Counted from the stretch's first letter, positions 1-12,083 are shown. The stretch: DNA of 64,000 nt from Macrostomum lignano (GCA_002269645.1 NIVC01000687.1:62001-126000), one strand, 5' to 3'. Notes: generated by a model from the letters alone, not told the origin. Program-made: numbers and translations.

Positions 1-253
1 GCACAACCGACGAGGGGCATTACTGCTCATTCTGCCGACTCCCCTGAGTAGGCACACAAACGCGCAGATAAGTGCGCAGTCATACGCACAGGCACGCACT
101 CAGATAGGAGTGCACAACGGCCCTAACTTGGTAATCAAGGGCGTTAATTGCCCGAGCAGAGCCAATTTTGCTCCAAATTAATTTGACTGCATTCGGAATC
201 GAGCCTGGGCTCCTGGCACATCAGAGCGTCGCGCTAGACCACTCTATGGCCGC
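1..253 (-). mobile_element. tRNA-derived SINE family 2 (5' part; unit W)
   Basis: Minus strand reads GCGGCCATAGAGTGGTCTAGCGC...GGCTCGATTCC (A-box and B-box like). The same body occurs at 14030-14333, 25199-25390 and inverted at 28640-28958. Confidence 0.6.
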
Positions 254-394
254 TCCACAGACCTCCATTTGGGCCATAGACAATAAGCAGCAAGTCTGCA
301 ATGGCTTGGTTCCCTCACTAAGTGTTAAATTGCCGGTTTTCCGAGGCTCAATTCGAAAGTAGAATGCTTTAATATTTGATAATATACAATAATT

Positions 395-500
395 GATTAC
401 ACCTGCCCTAAAAGCAGATGTGCAACCGAGAGCTCAGCGCATCTGAAGGCTGCGTACGGCTGTTCAGTCCAAGGACTGGAGGGGGGGGGGTCACCACACA
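395..500 (-). mobile_element. 3' tail of SINE family 1
   Basis: Reverse complement CCAGTCCTTGGACTGAACAGC...GCAGCCTTCAG...CTGAGCTCTCGGTTGCACA...TAGGGCAGGTGTAATCAATT matches the tails at 11195, 22330 and 40990. Confidence 0.65.
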
Positions 501-768
501 CCCCCAATTACCCCAGCGAATGCTGCCACCCATTTTACTGCTGGGTAAACTGAAGCAATGCAGAGATTTAAGTGGTCTTTGCTTGCTCAAAGACACGAAT
601 TGTTCCAGTGGGATCGAGAATAGAACCTCGGATCTTTCAAGTCGTAAGTCCGACGCTTTAACCACTAGGCTGCGAGCTTCCAATAAGCAACTCTGTCAAA
701 GCCTCTATATATCTTGTGAAAGCTCTATTAAGTAAAATTTATTTCAATGTCTCATGCATACGACTCAC

Positions 769-1125
769 CTGGTCAGTCTGGGCTCCGGACAGCGGCTCGC
801 GCAGTCGCACCTGAACCTCAAGCCGGCCGCCAACCGCCTTTCTGCCATCCATGAGATCAATACCCCGGTGCAAGGTGCACTGGGTCTCCAGGTCCTCCAG
901 CTTCATTGTGGCCGACCCCAGCAGGCCGTCCTTCTTCAGAAAGCCACGCCGGTACATGACATCGAATTTCAGTCCGCGAATTTTGAACACCCGAGCGGTG
1001 CTGCGCGCTTTGCGGTTCACCTCGAAGCGGGTGGCGAAATCGTAGCTGGGATTGGCGCTGGCCTTCACCCAGCCCGTGCTCTGCGTCAGCGGCGACTCCG
1101 TGCTGATTGGCAGCTCGATTTTCAC
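769..1125 (-). other. Duplicated CC2D1 C2-domain exon (orphan copy, unit W), reading frame and splice sites intact
   Basis: 357 nt, CAG|GTG acceptor and CAG|GTGAGT donor. It has 3 nt differences from the native exon at 25915-26271. Confidence 0.9.
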
Positions 1126-1179
1126 CTGCGGGGGTTGGTGGAATCTGAATTGAATAGGGGATCAGGTTTGAGCTCTTAA

Positions 1180-2169
1180 ACCAGCAGGTGAGATGGGGAT
1201 GGCAAACCTACAGGTGAGATGGGGATGGCAAACCAGCAGGTGAGATGGGGATGGCAAACCAGCAGGTGAGATGGGGATGGCAAACCAGCAGGTGAGATGG
1301 GGATGGCAAACCGGCAGGTGAGATGGGGATGGCAATCCAGCAGGTAAGATGGGGATGGCAAACCGGCAGGTGAGATGGGGATGGCAAACTGGCAGGTGAG
1401 ATGGGGATGGCAAACTGGCAGGTGAGATGGGGATGGCAAACCGGCAGGTGAGATGGGGATGGCAAACCAGCAGGTGAGATGGGGATGGCAAACCGGCAGG
1501 TGAGATGGGGATGGCAAACCGGCAGGTGAGATGGGGATGGCAAAACAGCAGGTGAGATGGGGATGGCAAACCGGCAGGTGAGATGGGGATGGCAAACCAG
1601 CAGGTGAGATGGGGATGGCAAACCTACAGGTGAGATGGGGATGGCAAACCAGCAGGTGAGATGGGGATGGCAAACCGGCAGGTGAGATGGGGATGGCAAA
1701 CCAGCAGGTGAGATGGGGATGGCAAACCGGCAGGTGAGATGGGGATGGCAAACCGGCAGGTGAGATGGGGATGGCAAACTGGCAGGTGAGATGGGGATGG
1801 CAAACTGGCAGGTGAGATAGGGATGGCAAACCAGCAGGTGAGATGGGGATGGCAAACCGGCAGGTGAGATGGGGATGGCAAACTGGCAGGTGAGATGGGG
1901 ATGGCAAACCAGCAGGTGAGATGGGGATGGCAAACCGGCAGGTGAGATGGGGATGGCAAACCGGCAGGTGAGATGGGGATGGCAAACTGGCAGGTGAGAT
2001 GGGGATGGCAAACCGGCAGGTGAGATGGGGATGGCAAACTGGCAGGTGAGATGGGGATGGCAAACCAGCAGGTGAGATGGGGATGGCAAACCGGCAGGTG
2101 AGATGGGGATGGCAAACCGGCAGGTGAGATGGGGATGGCAAACCAGCAGGTGAGATGGGGATGGCAAAG
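1180..2169. repeat. 26-bp minisatellite (AAACC[A/G]GCAGGTGAGATGGGGATGGC)n, about 38 units
   Basis: Direct tandem periodicity, which explains the 26-aa periodic ORFs. Confidence 0.97.
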
Positions 2170-2235
2170 CTGGGATGGTGTGGAGAGGATGGCAAGACGA
2201 ACATGATGATGATGGGCAAGATGGGCAAACTGAAA

Positions 2236-2520
2236 CATGTCCCCCCAGTAAATGCTATGTGGGGACATGCCAATGCTTTGTCCCCCCCACACCCCACCTT
2301 GTGACTCGTCAAAAATAAATTATTTTTCTTCAGGGCGTCAAAATATAAGGCCTTCGGCGCTAAAAGGAATGCCTGCGGCGCCAAAAAAGGTGCCGGCGGC
2401 GCCAAAATGAGTGCTGACAACGCGATTCTCAAAAGAATGAAAATGTACGAATTTAGTCATGTACATGTTGAATTCTGGGCTTCGTCACCCACCATAAAAA
2501 AGCCATGGCGACGTCCCTGA
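2236..2520 (-). mobile_element. Truncated MITE-like interspersed repeat (starts CAGGGACGTCGC), cut at the duplication junction
   Basis: Its reverse complement is homologous to 20375-20600 and 7080-7170. Copy at 16363-16647. Confidence 0.55.
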
Positions 2521-3254
2521 TCAAGCCATTTCAAGTTTAAGAAAAAATCTGCGTTCTGTCTTCTGTTTTCAATCAAAGACTTTTTCGAAGCCTTCTTAGT
2601 GATCATAAATAACAGAATTTCAGTATCCTAGGACCTGAGTCTCGAGACTCAAGATATTTTTTGTATCATCTTTTTATATTACTTTTCGTTTTTTGAAAAC
2701 TACTGCTGCTAATTGAGGGACCCTATTAAGCTGCCAAGAATTTACCAAGAAATCTGAATATTTTTTGGGTACTGCTGCATCGTCCACATTATTTTTGTCT
2801 TGTCGATCTGAAAGTCTCCTGTGTTGAATCTCGCTCTTTGGGGGCAGGTAGTCGAGAAGTTATAGGACATACCCGACCATCAGTAGTTGCAATCCCCTTC
2901 ATTACTTGTTATCGACAGGGCAGCACAGAGACTTCTACAGATAAAAAACGGAAACGCACATTTTGAAATTGATGCGAAAAAATGCATTTCTATTCTTACA
3001 TTTCACTGCTAGATTTGCACAGTTAATGCAATGCTATACATTTACCTTAATCGATGCAAGATTTCAAGGAAACTGGCTTGCTAGAAAAAAATGTCTAGAA
3101 AGGTACCGGTATAACTGCAGTGACTTCCGCTGTGTTAAAAGCTTTAGTTCAAAAAATTGAGCGACAGACAAGAACAGGGAAGTAACCAAGTCTCGTTGGA
3201 GACATTCACTCTGTTTACTCAACCCAGAATGAATTAAAAAAAGAGTTAAAAAAG

Positions 3255-3382
3255 TCAGCAGCTGACTATCTATATAAGATCGACAGCGATAGGTACTGGC
3301 TGACAGAGCTGTCTGCCCCTCCATCAGGTGCTGAGCACTCAGCATGCAATCAATCCTCATTGCCGTTGCTGTCGCTCTGTGA
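3255..3382 (+). pseudogene. Truncated promoter and exon-1 remnant of FReD-A (TATATAA at 3271; MQSILIAVAVAL*)
   Basis: Near-identical to the 5' end of FReD-A2 (17455-17578) but stops at TGA 3380-3382. Confidence 0.85.
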
Positions 3383-3820
3383 AATTTCTTTGCAAAAAAC
3401 AAACAAAGTCCTCTCTAGTGCTCTTCATAGGAATCCGAAGTCAATTAATGCCCACCAATGGATGTGTGATACATACACATTACTTATTAACTGCAGACAG
3501 TAAGTGGACTAACTGCAGAAATAGAACATAATTTTCAGTTACAGAACTGGCCGTGCCTTCCGCTTTGCAAACAAACTCTGCTTTCAGAGCAGCACTGCTG
3601 GACAGTCCAGAACAATGGAAGAGAAAAAGTCTCATTGGCCAACAAGTCGGTGTTAACTCAGCCCCAGTTCACTTCTGTTGATTCCTCAATCCTAGGTATG
3701 CATTGGCAACATGTCAGTCAATATCTCCTGTTTTTTAGAATCTCTATAAAACAGGAACGAAAGCGATAAGGACTGGCTGACAGCGCTGTCTGTGCCTCCA
3801 TCAGGTGCAGAGCACTCGGC

Positions 3821-5008
3821 ATGACACCATTCCTTATAGCCGTTGCTGTCGCTCTCTGCAGCGGCTCAACTGTTTGGACTCTGGACAGTGCAGCATCTGG
3901 TAAGTCAAGCCTTTTGAATGATTGTGGAAATAATGAAGTAGTTTGTAAACAAGCTTAAATCCATGCGATTTCCAGTGTTTTCTCAAGAGGAAGTTGCGCA
4001 CACCACACCTGCTCCGATTCACCACGAGCCCGGTCGAAGCGTCGCTGACTGCGCTCTGAAATGCGAGCAGCCCATCGTGAAGTTCTGCTCCGCCTTCGCC
4101 TTCGTGCCAGAGAAGAAGCTCTGTCTGCTCTCCGAGATAACAACTGCCGATTTTGCACCTGTCGCTCCTGGTGAACTGGTTTATCGAAAGCTTATAGCTA
4201 GTAAGTTTTAAATCGAGCCTGTGTTCACTAATAATGAAATGAATAGCAGTGAAATTCTAAAAGGTGTGAAAAGTCGCTCAATGGTAGCAAATATCAATCC
4301 CTTTGATTAATAAATGAATCACTAGTTCACGCACCGCTAGACACACTTAAACATTGTTTGCTTTTTTGAAATATCAGGACAAATCGTCCAGATCAACGGA
4401 CGAGAATTCCAAGTGATTCAGCACAGGTCGAAGGGCGAGCTGAGCTTTGCTCGCAGCTGGACTGAGTATGAGAACGGCTTTGGAGACGATACGGACTTCT
4501 GGATTGGTGAGCAGGACACTTTAGCTTTACCAAACACCAATCGAATCAATAAAGACTTAAGAATGATTTCATTTTTTTCATTTCAGGCCTTCGAAAAATC
4601 CATGAGCTGACCGGAAGCTCGCCGAAGCTTCTGCGAGTCGAGGCCGTCACCTGGTCGGATGAGCTGTACGTCTGCGAGTACTCCGGCTTCACGGTGGCCG
4701 ATGCCAGCACGAACTACACCATGACTGGCATTTCGTACCTGAGCGGCAGCTCCAACACGACTGCCGATTCGTTCACCTTTAACAGTGGGATGCAGTTCTC
4801 CACCATGGACCGGGACAACGACCAATTTGGAAATCATTGTTCCAGCAGCTTTGGAAACTCCGGTTGGTGGTTCAAAAGCTGCTCGCATACCAACCCAAAC
4901 GGTATCTATTATAGCACTGCTATGACTAAAACAAATACAATGCACTGGGCTAGTGCTACATCCGGGAATGATGTTGCACTGAAGAGCATTCGATTGATGA
5001 TCCATTAG
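3821..5008 (+). CDS. Secreted PAN/apple + fibrinogen-related domain protein FReD-A1 (284 aa; exons 3821-3899, 3976-4200, 4378-4506, 4587-5008)
   Basis: Signal peptide MTPFLIAVAVALCSG. PAN-like motif CALKC..CSAFAF..KLCLL. FReD motifs VIQHRSKGELSFARSWTEYENGFG, FWIGL, FSTMDRDND, GWWFKSC, NPNG. All introns GT-AG, phase 1; total 855 nt. TATAAAA at 3745. Confidence 0.92.
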
Positions 5009-5744
5009 GTTTGATGCCAATTAGCAGTCACCTGCCTACGCTGAACTGGAGACAACTATTTTAATAACATCAAACTGGTATCTCGCGTGGCAGTTGAGCA
5101 ATCCAACTCACTCAAGACTATAACCGTACGAGAAAATAAGTGTAAGTGAGCTTTAGTAGGACACATTACCAAGGAGCTGTAATCCATTGATGCGAGCGTT
5201 GCAGTTTACGATCGTGAAAATTTTTTGACTCTTAGCTTATTTATTCTAAGCTATTGTTCTAGCTTAAGCAGTAACTCAGTACGTCAGTCTAATTAAAAAT
5301 TACTGATAAAAAAAGCATTCGTTTTTTGTTCAGAAAAAGTTGTCAAGTTTCTTAAAAAAACTGTGTATTCCTGTCGATTTCTGTGTATCTGTGAACCTCT
5401 ACACTTTGTATGACAAACGTTCCTTCTCGCTTTCTCACTTTCTCAAAAAATCACAACTGCGGTACCCAAAAAAAGCTCCATTGTGAAAAAATCTTAAAAT
5501 GTAAGCTTTACAAAAAATATTTTGATTTATTGACTATTGACAAAATCATTTTCTAACCCGTGCGTTTCTAATTCATATTCATATTTTTTCTAACCGTCCA
5601 AGATTCCGAAGTCCATAAACTGAAACTAAGTTTTTCGTTATGTAAATTTCTCTTGTTCTTAGCCTAATGTATTCCACACTGTACCACTAATCTACCCCGC
5701 AAGTGTTTTGGTAGCAGATAATCTCAGTAAGTATTCTCCGCTGC

Positions 5745-6480
5745 CATAGCAGCACTGTCCAGATTCCCCGCTACCATAGACAGCACTCTCCATATTTTCC
5801 CCGCTGCCATAGACAGCACTCTCCATATTCTCCCCGCTGCCATAGACAGCACTCTCCATATTCCCCGCTCCCATAGACAGCACTCTCCATATTCTCCCCG
5901 CCGCCATAGACAGCACTCTCCATATTCTCCCCGCTGCCATAGACAGCACTCTCCATATTCTCCCCGCTGCCATATACAGCACTCTCCATATTCCCCGCTC
6001 CCATAGACAGCACTCTCCATATTCCGAGATGCCATAGACAGCACTCTCCATATTCCGAGATGCCATGGACAGCACTCTTCATATTCCGAGATGCCATAGA
6101 CAGCAATCTCCATATTCCGAGCTGCCATAGACAGCAATCTCCATATTCCGAGCTGCCATAGACAGCACTCTCCATATTCCGAGATGCCATAGACAGCACT
6201 CTCCATATTCCGAGATGCCATAGACAGCAATCTCCATATTCCGAGCTGCCATAGACAGCAATCTCCATATTCCGAGCTGCCATAGACAGCAATCTCCATA
6301 TTCCGAGCTGCCATAGACAGCACTCTCCATATTCCGAGATGCCATAGACAGCACTCTCCATATTCCGAGATGCCATAGACAGCAATCTCCATATTCCGAG
6401 CTGCCATAGACAGCAATCTCCATATTCCGAGCTGCCATAGACAGCAATCTCCATATTCCCAGCTGCCACAGACAGCACTC
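5745..6480. repeat. 31/33-bp minisatellite (ATAGACAGCACTCTCCATATTCCGAG[A/C]TGCC)n
   Basis: Tandem periodicity; a shorter version lies at 19430-19650. Confidence 0.95.
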
Positions 6481-7149
6481 CAGTCCTGGCTTGCATGGAA
6501 TACATTTTATTGATACTATTCCACTGAATCAAGAAGAGTGTCTGTGCAGAATATTCGAGGCGAAAATAAAGGACATATATCCAAGGCAAGCTTAAATTTA
6601 CTCAACTCATTATATCCCTTTTATCTGTTTTAGCTGTTCTATCTATCTGTTTTAGCTGTTCTATCATCTCAACCTACTTGCCTATATTACGTTTTTATTA
6701 CCATTCACTTTTCTTGAATGCAAGACGTTCTATAAAAATAAACTGATAAAGTCTTTAAACTTGACCTATCAACGGCATAAGCAAAATGATCTACCATCAG
6801 AGCCAAAATCTGTTTGCTGTTTGATTATTACTGTTGAGTTCCTGGCGATCAAAGACTACGAATATTTCGACTATTACGTTGCAATACAGAACCATAAATT
6901 CCAGGGTAAATATATTCAACAGCTTAACCAACCCACCTCCAACTCACACTGTCACGCGGCAAAAAAGTTAAACAATGCATTTAATGCAAGTTTCAGTATC
7001 GTGTGCAGGAACCACTAGTGACTCGTCGTTGGCTCGATGGGGTTTATTTCTTGAGAGACTCTGACTGCCAGTCGTGTGGCTTAATTCGTAAATGCGCATT
7101 ATTTTGAGAATCGGTATCGTTAGCGCTCATTTCGGCACCGTAGGCACTT

Positions 7150-8815
7150 ATATTGGCGCCGCAGGCAGGCACTCATTTTGGCGCCGCAGGCAGGCACTCA
7201 TTTTGGCGCCGCAGGCAGGCACTCATTTTGGCGCCGCAGGCAGGCACTCATTTTGGCGCCGCAGGCAGGCACTCATATTGGCGCCGCAGGCAGGCACTCA
7301 TTTTGGCGCCGCAGGCAGGCACTCATTTTGGCGCCGCAGGCAGGCACTCATTTTGGCGCCGCAGGCAGGCACTCATTTTGGCGCCGCAGGCAGGCACTCA
7401 TTTTGGCGCCGCAGGCAGGCACTCATTTTGGCGCCGCAGGCAGGCACTCATTTTGGCGCCGCAGGCAGGCACTCATTTTGGCGCCGCAGGCAGGCACTCA
7501 TTTTGGCGCCGCAGGCAGGCACTCATTTTGGCGCCGCAGGCAGGCACTCATATTGGCGCCGCAGGCAGGCACTCATATTGGCGCCGCAGGCAGGCACTCA
7601 TTTTGGCGCCGCAGGGAGGCACTCATTTTGGCGCCGCAGGCAGGCACTCATTTTGGCGCCGCAGGCAGGCACTCATATTGGCGCCGCAGGCAGGCACTCA
7701 TTTTGGCGCCGCAGGCAGGCACTCATTTTGGCGCCGCAGGCAGGCACTCATATTGGCGCCGCAGGCAGGCACTCATATTGGCGCCGCAGGCAGGCACTCA
7801 TTTTGGCGCCGCAGGGAGGCACTCATTTTGGCGCCGCAGGCAGGCACTCATTTTGGCGCCGCAGGCAGGCACTCATATTGGCGCCGCGAGGCAGGCACTC
7901 ATTTTGGCGCCGCAGGCAGGCACTCATTTTGGCGCCGCAGGCAGGCACTCATATTGGCGCCGCAGGCAGGCACTCATTTTGGCGCCGCAGGCAGGCACTC
8001 ATTTTGGCGCCGCAGGCAGGCACTCATATTGGCGCCGCAGGCAGGCACTCATTTTGGCGCCGCAGGGAGGCACTCATATTGGCGCCGCAGGCAGGCACTC
8101 ATATTGGCGCCGCAGGCAGGCACTCATATTGGCGCCGCAGGCAGGCACTCATTTTGGCGCCGCAGGCAGGCACTCATTTTGGCGCCGCAGGCAGGCACTC
8201 ATATTGGCGCCGCAGGCAGGCACTCATTTTGGCGCCGCAGGCAGGCACTCATATTGGCGCCGCAGGCAGGCACTCATATTGGCGCCGCAGGCAGGCACTC
8301 ATTTTGGCGCCGCAGGCAGGCACTCATATTGGCGCCGCAGGCAGGCACTCATTTTGGCGCCGCAGGCAGGCACTCATTTTGGCGCCGCAGGCAGGCACTC
8401 ATTTTGGCGCCGCAGGCAGGCACTCATATTGGCGCCGCAGGCAGGCACTCATTTTGGCGCCGCAGGCAGGCACTCATTTTGGCGCCGCAGGCAGGCACTC
8501 ATATTGGCGCCGCAGGCAGGCACTCATATTGGCGCCGCAGGCAGGCACTCATTTTGGCGCCGCAGGCAGGCACTCATATTGGCGCCGCAGGCAGGCACTC
8601 ATTTTGGCGCCGCAGGCAGGCACTCATATTGGCGCCGCAGGCAGGCACTCATTTTGGCGCCGCAGGCAGGCACTCATATTGGCGCCGCAGGCAGGCACTC
8701 ATATTGGCGCCGCAGGCAGGCACTCATATTGGCGCCGCAGGCAGGCACTCATATTGGCGCCGCAGGCAGGCACTCATTTTGGCGCCGCAGGCAGGCATAC
8801 ATTTTGGCGCCGCAG
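7150..8815. repeat. 25-bp satellite (AT[T/A]TTGGCGCCGCAGGCAGGCACTC)n, about 66 units
   Basis: Highly homogeneous tandem array, which explains the 578-610 aa periodic ORFs. Confidence 0.98.
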
Positions 8816-10418
8816 GCAATCATTTTGCATGGCGCCGCATCCAGGCAATCCTTTTGGCATTGCGCAGGGAGGCGCTCATTTTGTATTGGAGGGGGGCGGG
8901 TTGGCTGTTGCTGAGTATGCATAAATGTGTCCTTAATTTTTCAGCTGTTGATTCAGTAGAATTTTAGTCTAAGTCCGCAACTGATCTATTTTCTGCGTGT
9001 ACTGCAACACGCTCGTAGTCCATCTAAGCAATCGCTGGACTAGTAGGCCTGGACTAGCGGAGTCGACCGCGGTTAGTACGCCTATGTACGCTGCAAATAT
9101 ACCTGTAGCGGTTATTTAAAACTATTTAGAGAAGACAATGGAGTTAGTGCATGAATTTCTTTAACCATAGTCTATAAATAATCAGAGATTCATGCCGCAT
9201 TGCACTTTGTGAAGATATCATTGATACGTGGCAGGCTGGTAACCCGCACAGCAAGCAATCTGAAGCCTGCAATCCAATGATTACTCGTAAGATATCCTCG
9301 GTCTTTCCTCTATTGATGTGTGGAATATTTTAAAATGTTGGGACTTTACATGCATACCACTAAAGGAAAGACTAGATTTGATTTTGTTCCATGATTTTAC
9401 GGAGGCTTTCTTTTAACAAAAACTGTTAAGCCAATTTGTAATGTTCTGTTAGTTTTATTCTCTAAATTGTTAATCGGATTTCTTCGGTCATTTTAAATAC
9501 AATTAAATGCGTAGAGATGCTACACATTCTTTACGAGTACATGCAGGCATTTCCCAGCCCTAACAATGAGTTTGACTGCTCCTTTGTAATCTAATCAAAG
9601 TCAAGCGACTTTGCCAACAAATCGTTTGCCACTTTGCTACGGTTTCAGCGAAGCCTTTCGCAAAATTCTTGTGTGGTTTACGTGCAGCTAAAATAGACTA
9701 CCGAGGACGGCCAAGGCATCGAGAGCTGCCCGAGAAGAAGGCCCGCTGCAGTGTCAGCTCAAGCTAAATGGTCTCAAAGTGAGATATGATTAAACGACCA
9801 AGCCTGCAGGGGAGTCTCCCCGAGCACAATTGTAGCAGACCTCGGTAACAGAGGCCAAGAAAGGCGGACGGACTAACTGATACCGATAATAATTAGTTTA
9901 TAAGCAGCCTATCGTTTGACGACGAATATTACTCAAAAACTGCAGAAACCATTTAAAAAGGAGAGACAACCAATTGATAAACAGGAAAAGCTTATTTACC
10001 AATTAGAATTCATAGCTGAATATATATAAAGAACGTATTATTTGCTTTATTAACATGTTCATATATGAAATACTTTCAGTCTGGATTTTAATCATCCAAA
10101 TATGAAAGCTAAATAAATAAACATTGATATTATTAACATTTGCTCAAAATAGTTTTTAAGCGCGGAGTCAATTAACAGCCAATAGCATTATTCATTAAGC
10201 AGAGCGATTCCCCCTACTTCAAGTAGCATAGATGACGTTTCATACGAAATTAGGATTATCAAAACAAAAATTACCTGGCAATCAAAAGCCATTGTGGATC
10301 AGTTCAGAAGACTTTTGGCCCAAATATTTAATTAGTCAGGACTTAAAACTGCCACTTTCCATGACTTGCTCCGCCCACCCAAAGAATCGACAAGATCCGA
10401 ATTTGTTAAACTTTGCAG

Positions 10419-10844
10419 TCACCGCAACCGCGAACTGACATCCTGAAACTCCCTGTCCGCCTCCTTCTTCTTTTTAAGAAACTTCTCAGCCTTGCCCCTG
10501 TCCTTCTCCTGCAAAGCCGATTTGGCGTGCTGAGCATAGGTGGCCGACAGCTGCTGCAGCACTGAGCAGTACTGCCGCTTCTCAGCCTCGCCACAGTTGG
10601 CCAGCAGCTGCTTGTGCTGGGCGAGGCGCTGCTCAAGGCCTCTGACTGCTTCGGCAGCTTTCGAGTTTGTGCCAGCGTGCGGCTTCAGCAGGCTGATCTC
10701 GTACTGCAGCACGTAGGCGCTGCTCTCCGGCACTGAGCCCTGAGGATGGCCAGCCCGACTGCCGCCTGCTCTGCTAGCCGATGCCTGGCGGCTTGGCGGC
10801 AGCTCCTGGTTGGTGTGCTCAATTAGCAGCCACTGCTCACGGAC
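10419..10844 (-). other. Duplicated CC2D1 terminal exon (orphan copy, unit X), intact
   Basis: 426 nt with TCAG|GTC acceptor and stop codon. It has 3 differences from 21642-22067, all synonymous. Confidence 0.9.
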
Positions 10845-10949
10845 CTGAGGGAAGGGGAATGAGGGATGCCATAGATCTAGGGATTGCTGAGTGGAACAAT
10901 GGGAGTTGGGGTTGTGAGTTGGGAGTTCGAAGTTCGTTAGGAGCTCGCC

Positions 10950-11189
10950 CCGTTCCCCCCGTTCTTTCCTATTGGCTGAAAGCATATTTTGATGCGAGCT
11001 CATACTATGCTGGGACAGACCTTTTAGAGGGGAACAAAAGCGAAAACGAGACGAAAAATACTTTGTCTATGGCAATCACGAGCCAATAGGAAAGAACGGG
11101 GGGGGGGGAAAGGGATGTCAAAAGCGAAAATCGAGCGAGATAAAAATAACTTGCTCAGATTAGCACTCCATTCTATTCTTTCCTCCATG
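10950..11189. mobile_element. Left-truncated copy of the CATGGAGG-terminated MITE
   Basis: Matches 30770-31000, including the right terminal inverted repeat ending TCCTCCATG. Confidence 0.85.
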
Positions 11190-11194
11190 GTGGT

Positions 11195-11335
11195 GACCCC
11201 CCAGTCCTTGGACTTAAAAGTAGTACGCAGCCTTCAGAAGTGCCGCGCAATAGCTGCGGCTGAGCTGTCGGTTGCAAATTTGTCTATTAGGGCAGGTGTA
11301 ATCAATTGTTATTATTTGTATTAGTTATTATCAAC
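11195..11335 (+). mobile_element. 3' tail of SINE family 1 (head lost)
   Basis: Occupies the position equivalent to the full SINE at 22130-22470 in unit Y. Confidence 0.7.
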
Positions 11336-12083
11336 TTAAATAATTACTCTAGATGAATATAGACTAAAAGCGCTTTCGAAAAAAAACAATTTTCATAGAA
11401 TTAGCTGTTAATAAGTCGTTGCATAGAATTAGCTGTTAATAAGCCGTTTGACGCGCCCAGCTTTTGTTGTTGCTAGTTGTTTTCCATTTATGCTCGCGAA
11501 TCAAGCGGATGCGACAGGGGCATAAAATCCCTCACAAGTTTGCTAATTCCAGAGGCAAATATGGTGCACTGTCTTGTAAAGCGATGCACTAATAGCGTAG
11601 AAACGTTTTACTCTCATATCCTCAATGCAAGCGGTAAGAAAGCAACTGCTTATTGCTGAAAAGTCAAAGCGCTGGATAGAGCCCCTGTTGGAATATACTT
11701 TTTAGAATGCAACTATTGCTGCACACATGCTGTGGGGGCGGCGGTCAGAAGTCTCTAGCAGGTATTGGGAAGTTTCAAGTCAGTAGGGTTGTCATGCAGA
11801 ACTGACGACTTCGAGAAATGCGAAAAAAACAGATGGAGAGGCTGAGCCATGGGGATGCGTTAACCGTGAGGGTAGAAAATAAGTCAAGAAGGGGAGCAGC
11901 TGGTTGGCGCATTGTCTTTTACTAACCGCCACTCAAAGCCTAACCCGCGCTCAGCCTCGCATTCGCCCCGCCCCGCAGTCCCGAGTAACCATGGGAAAGT
12001 TTTTGTCACGCAAATAAAAAAGAACCTACGATGGTGAGAATAGGGACGGAGTTGAACCGCTCGTGCTAAGCGAATTCGACAGC

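Noticed and set aside
1162-2432. Long Cys/His/Pro-rich ORFs (also 15237-16418, 5692-6589, 39343-40055, 55088-56134, 32137-32895)
   Set aside because: They are translations of minisatellites, mostly intronic and open in several frames.
5745-8815. CRISPR-like appearance of 25-33-bp repeats
   Set aside because: There are no unique spacers and no cas genes, and the context is eukaryotic.
7092-8967. 578-610 aa ORFs in all three plus frames
   Set aside because: They are a by-product of a stop-free 25-bp satellite, and the paralogous site in unit Y lacks the array.
8997-9520. About 525-bp segment present only in unit X as a possible transposon
   Set aside because: No terminal repeats were seen. 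The flanking TGC microhomology fits a simple deletion in unit Y.
10845-11003. N-terminal part of the 194-aa ORF
   Set aside because: It reads through intron and MITE sequence upstream of the exon acceptor and is absent from the unit Y copy.
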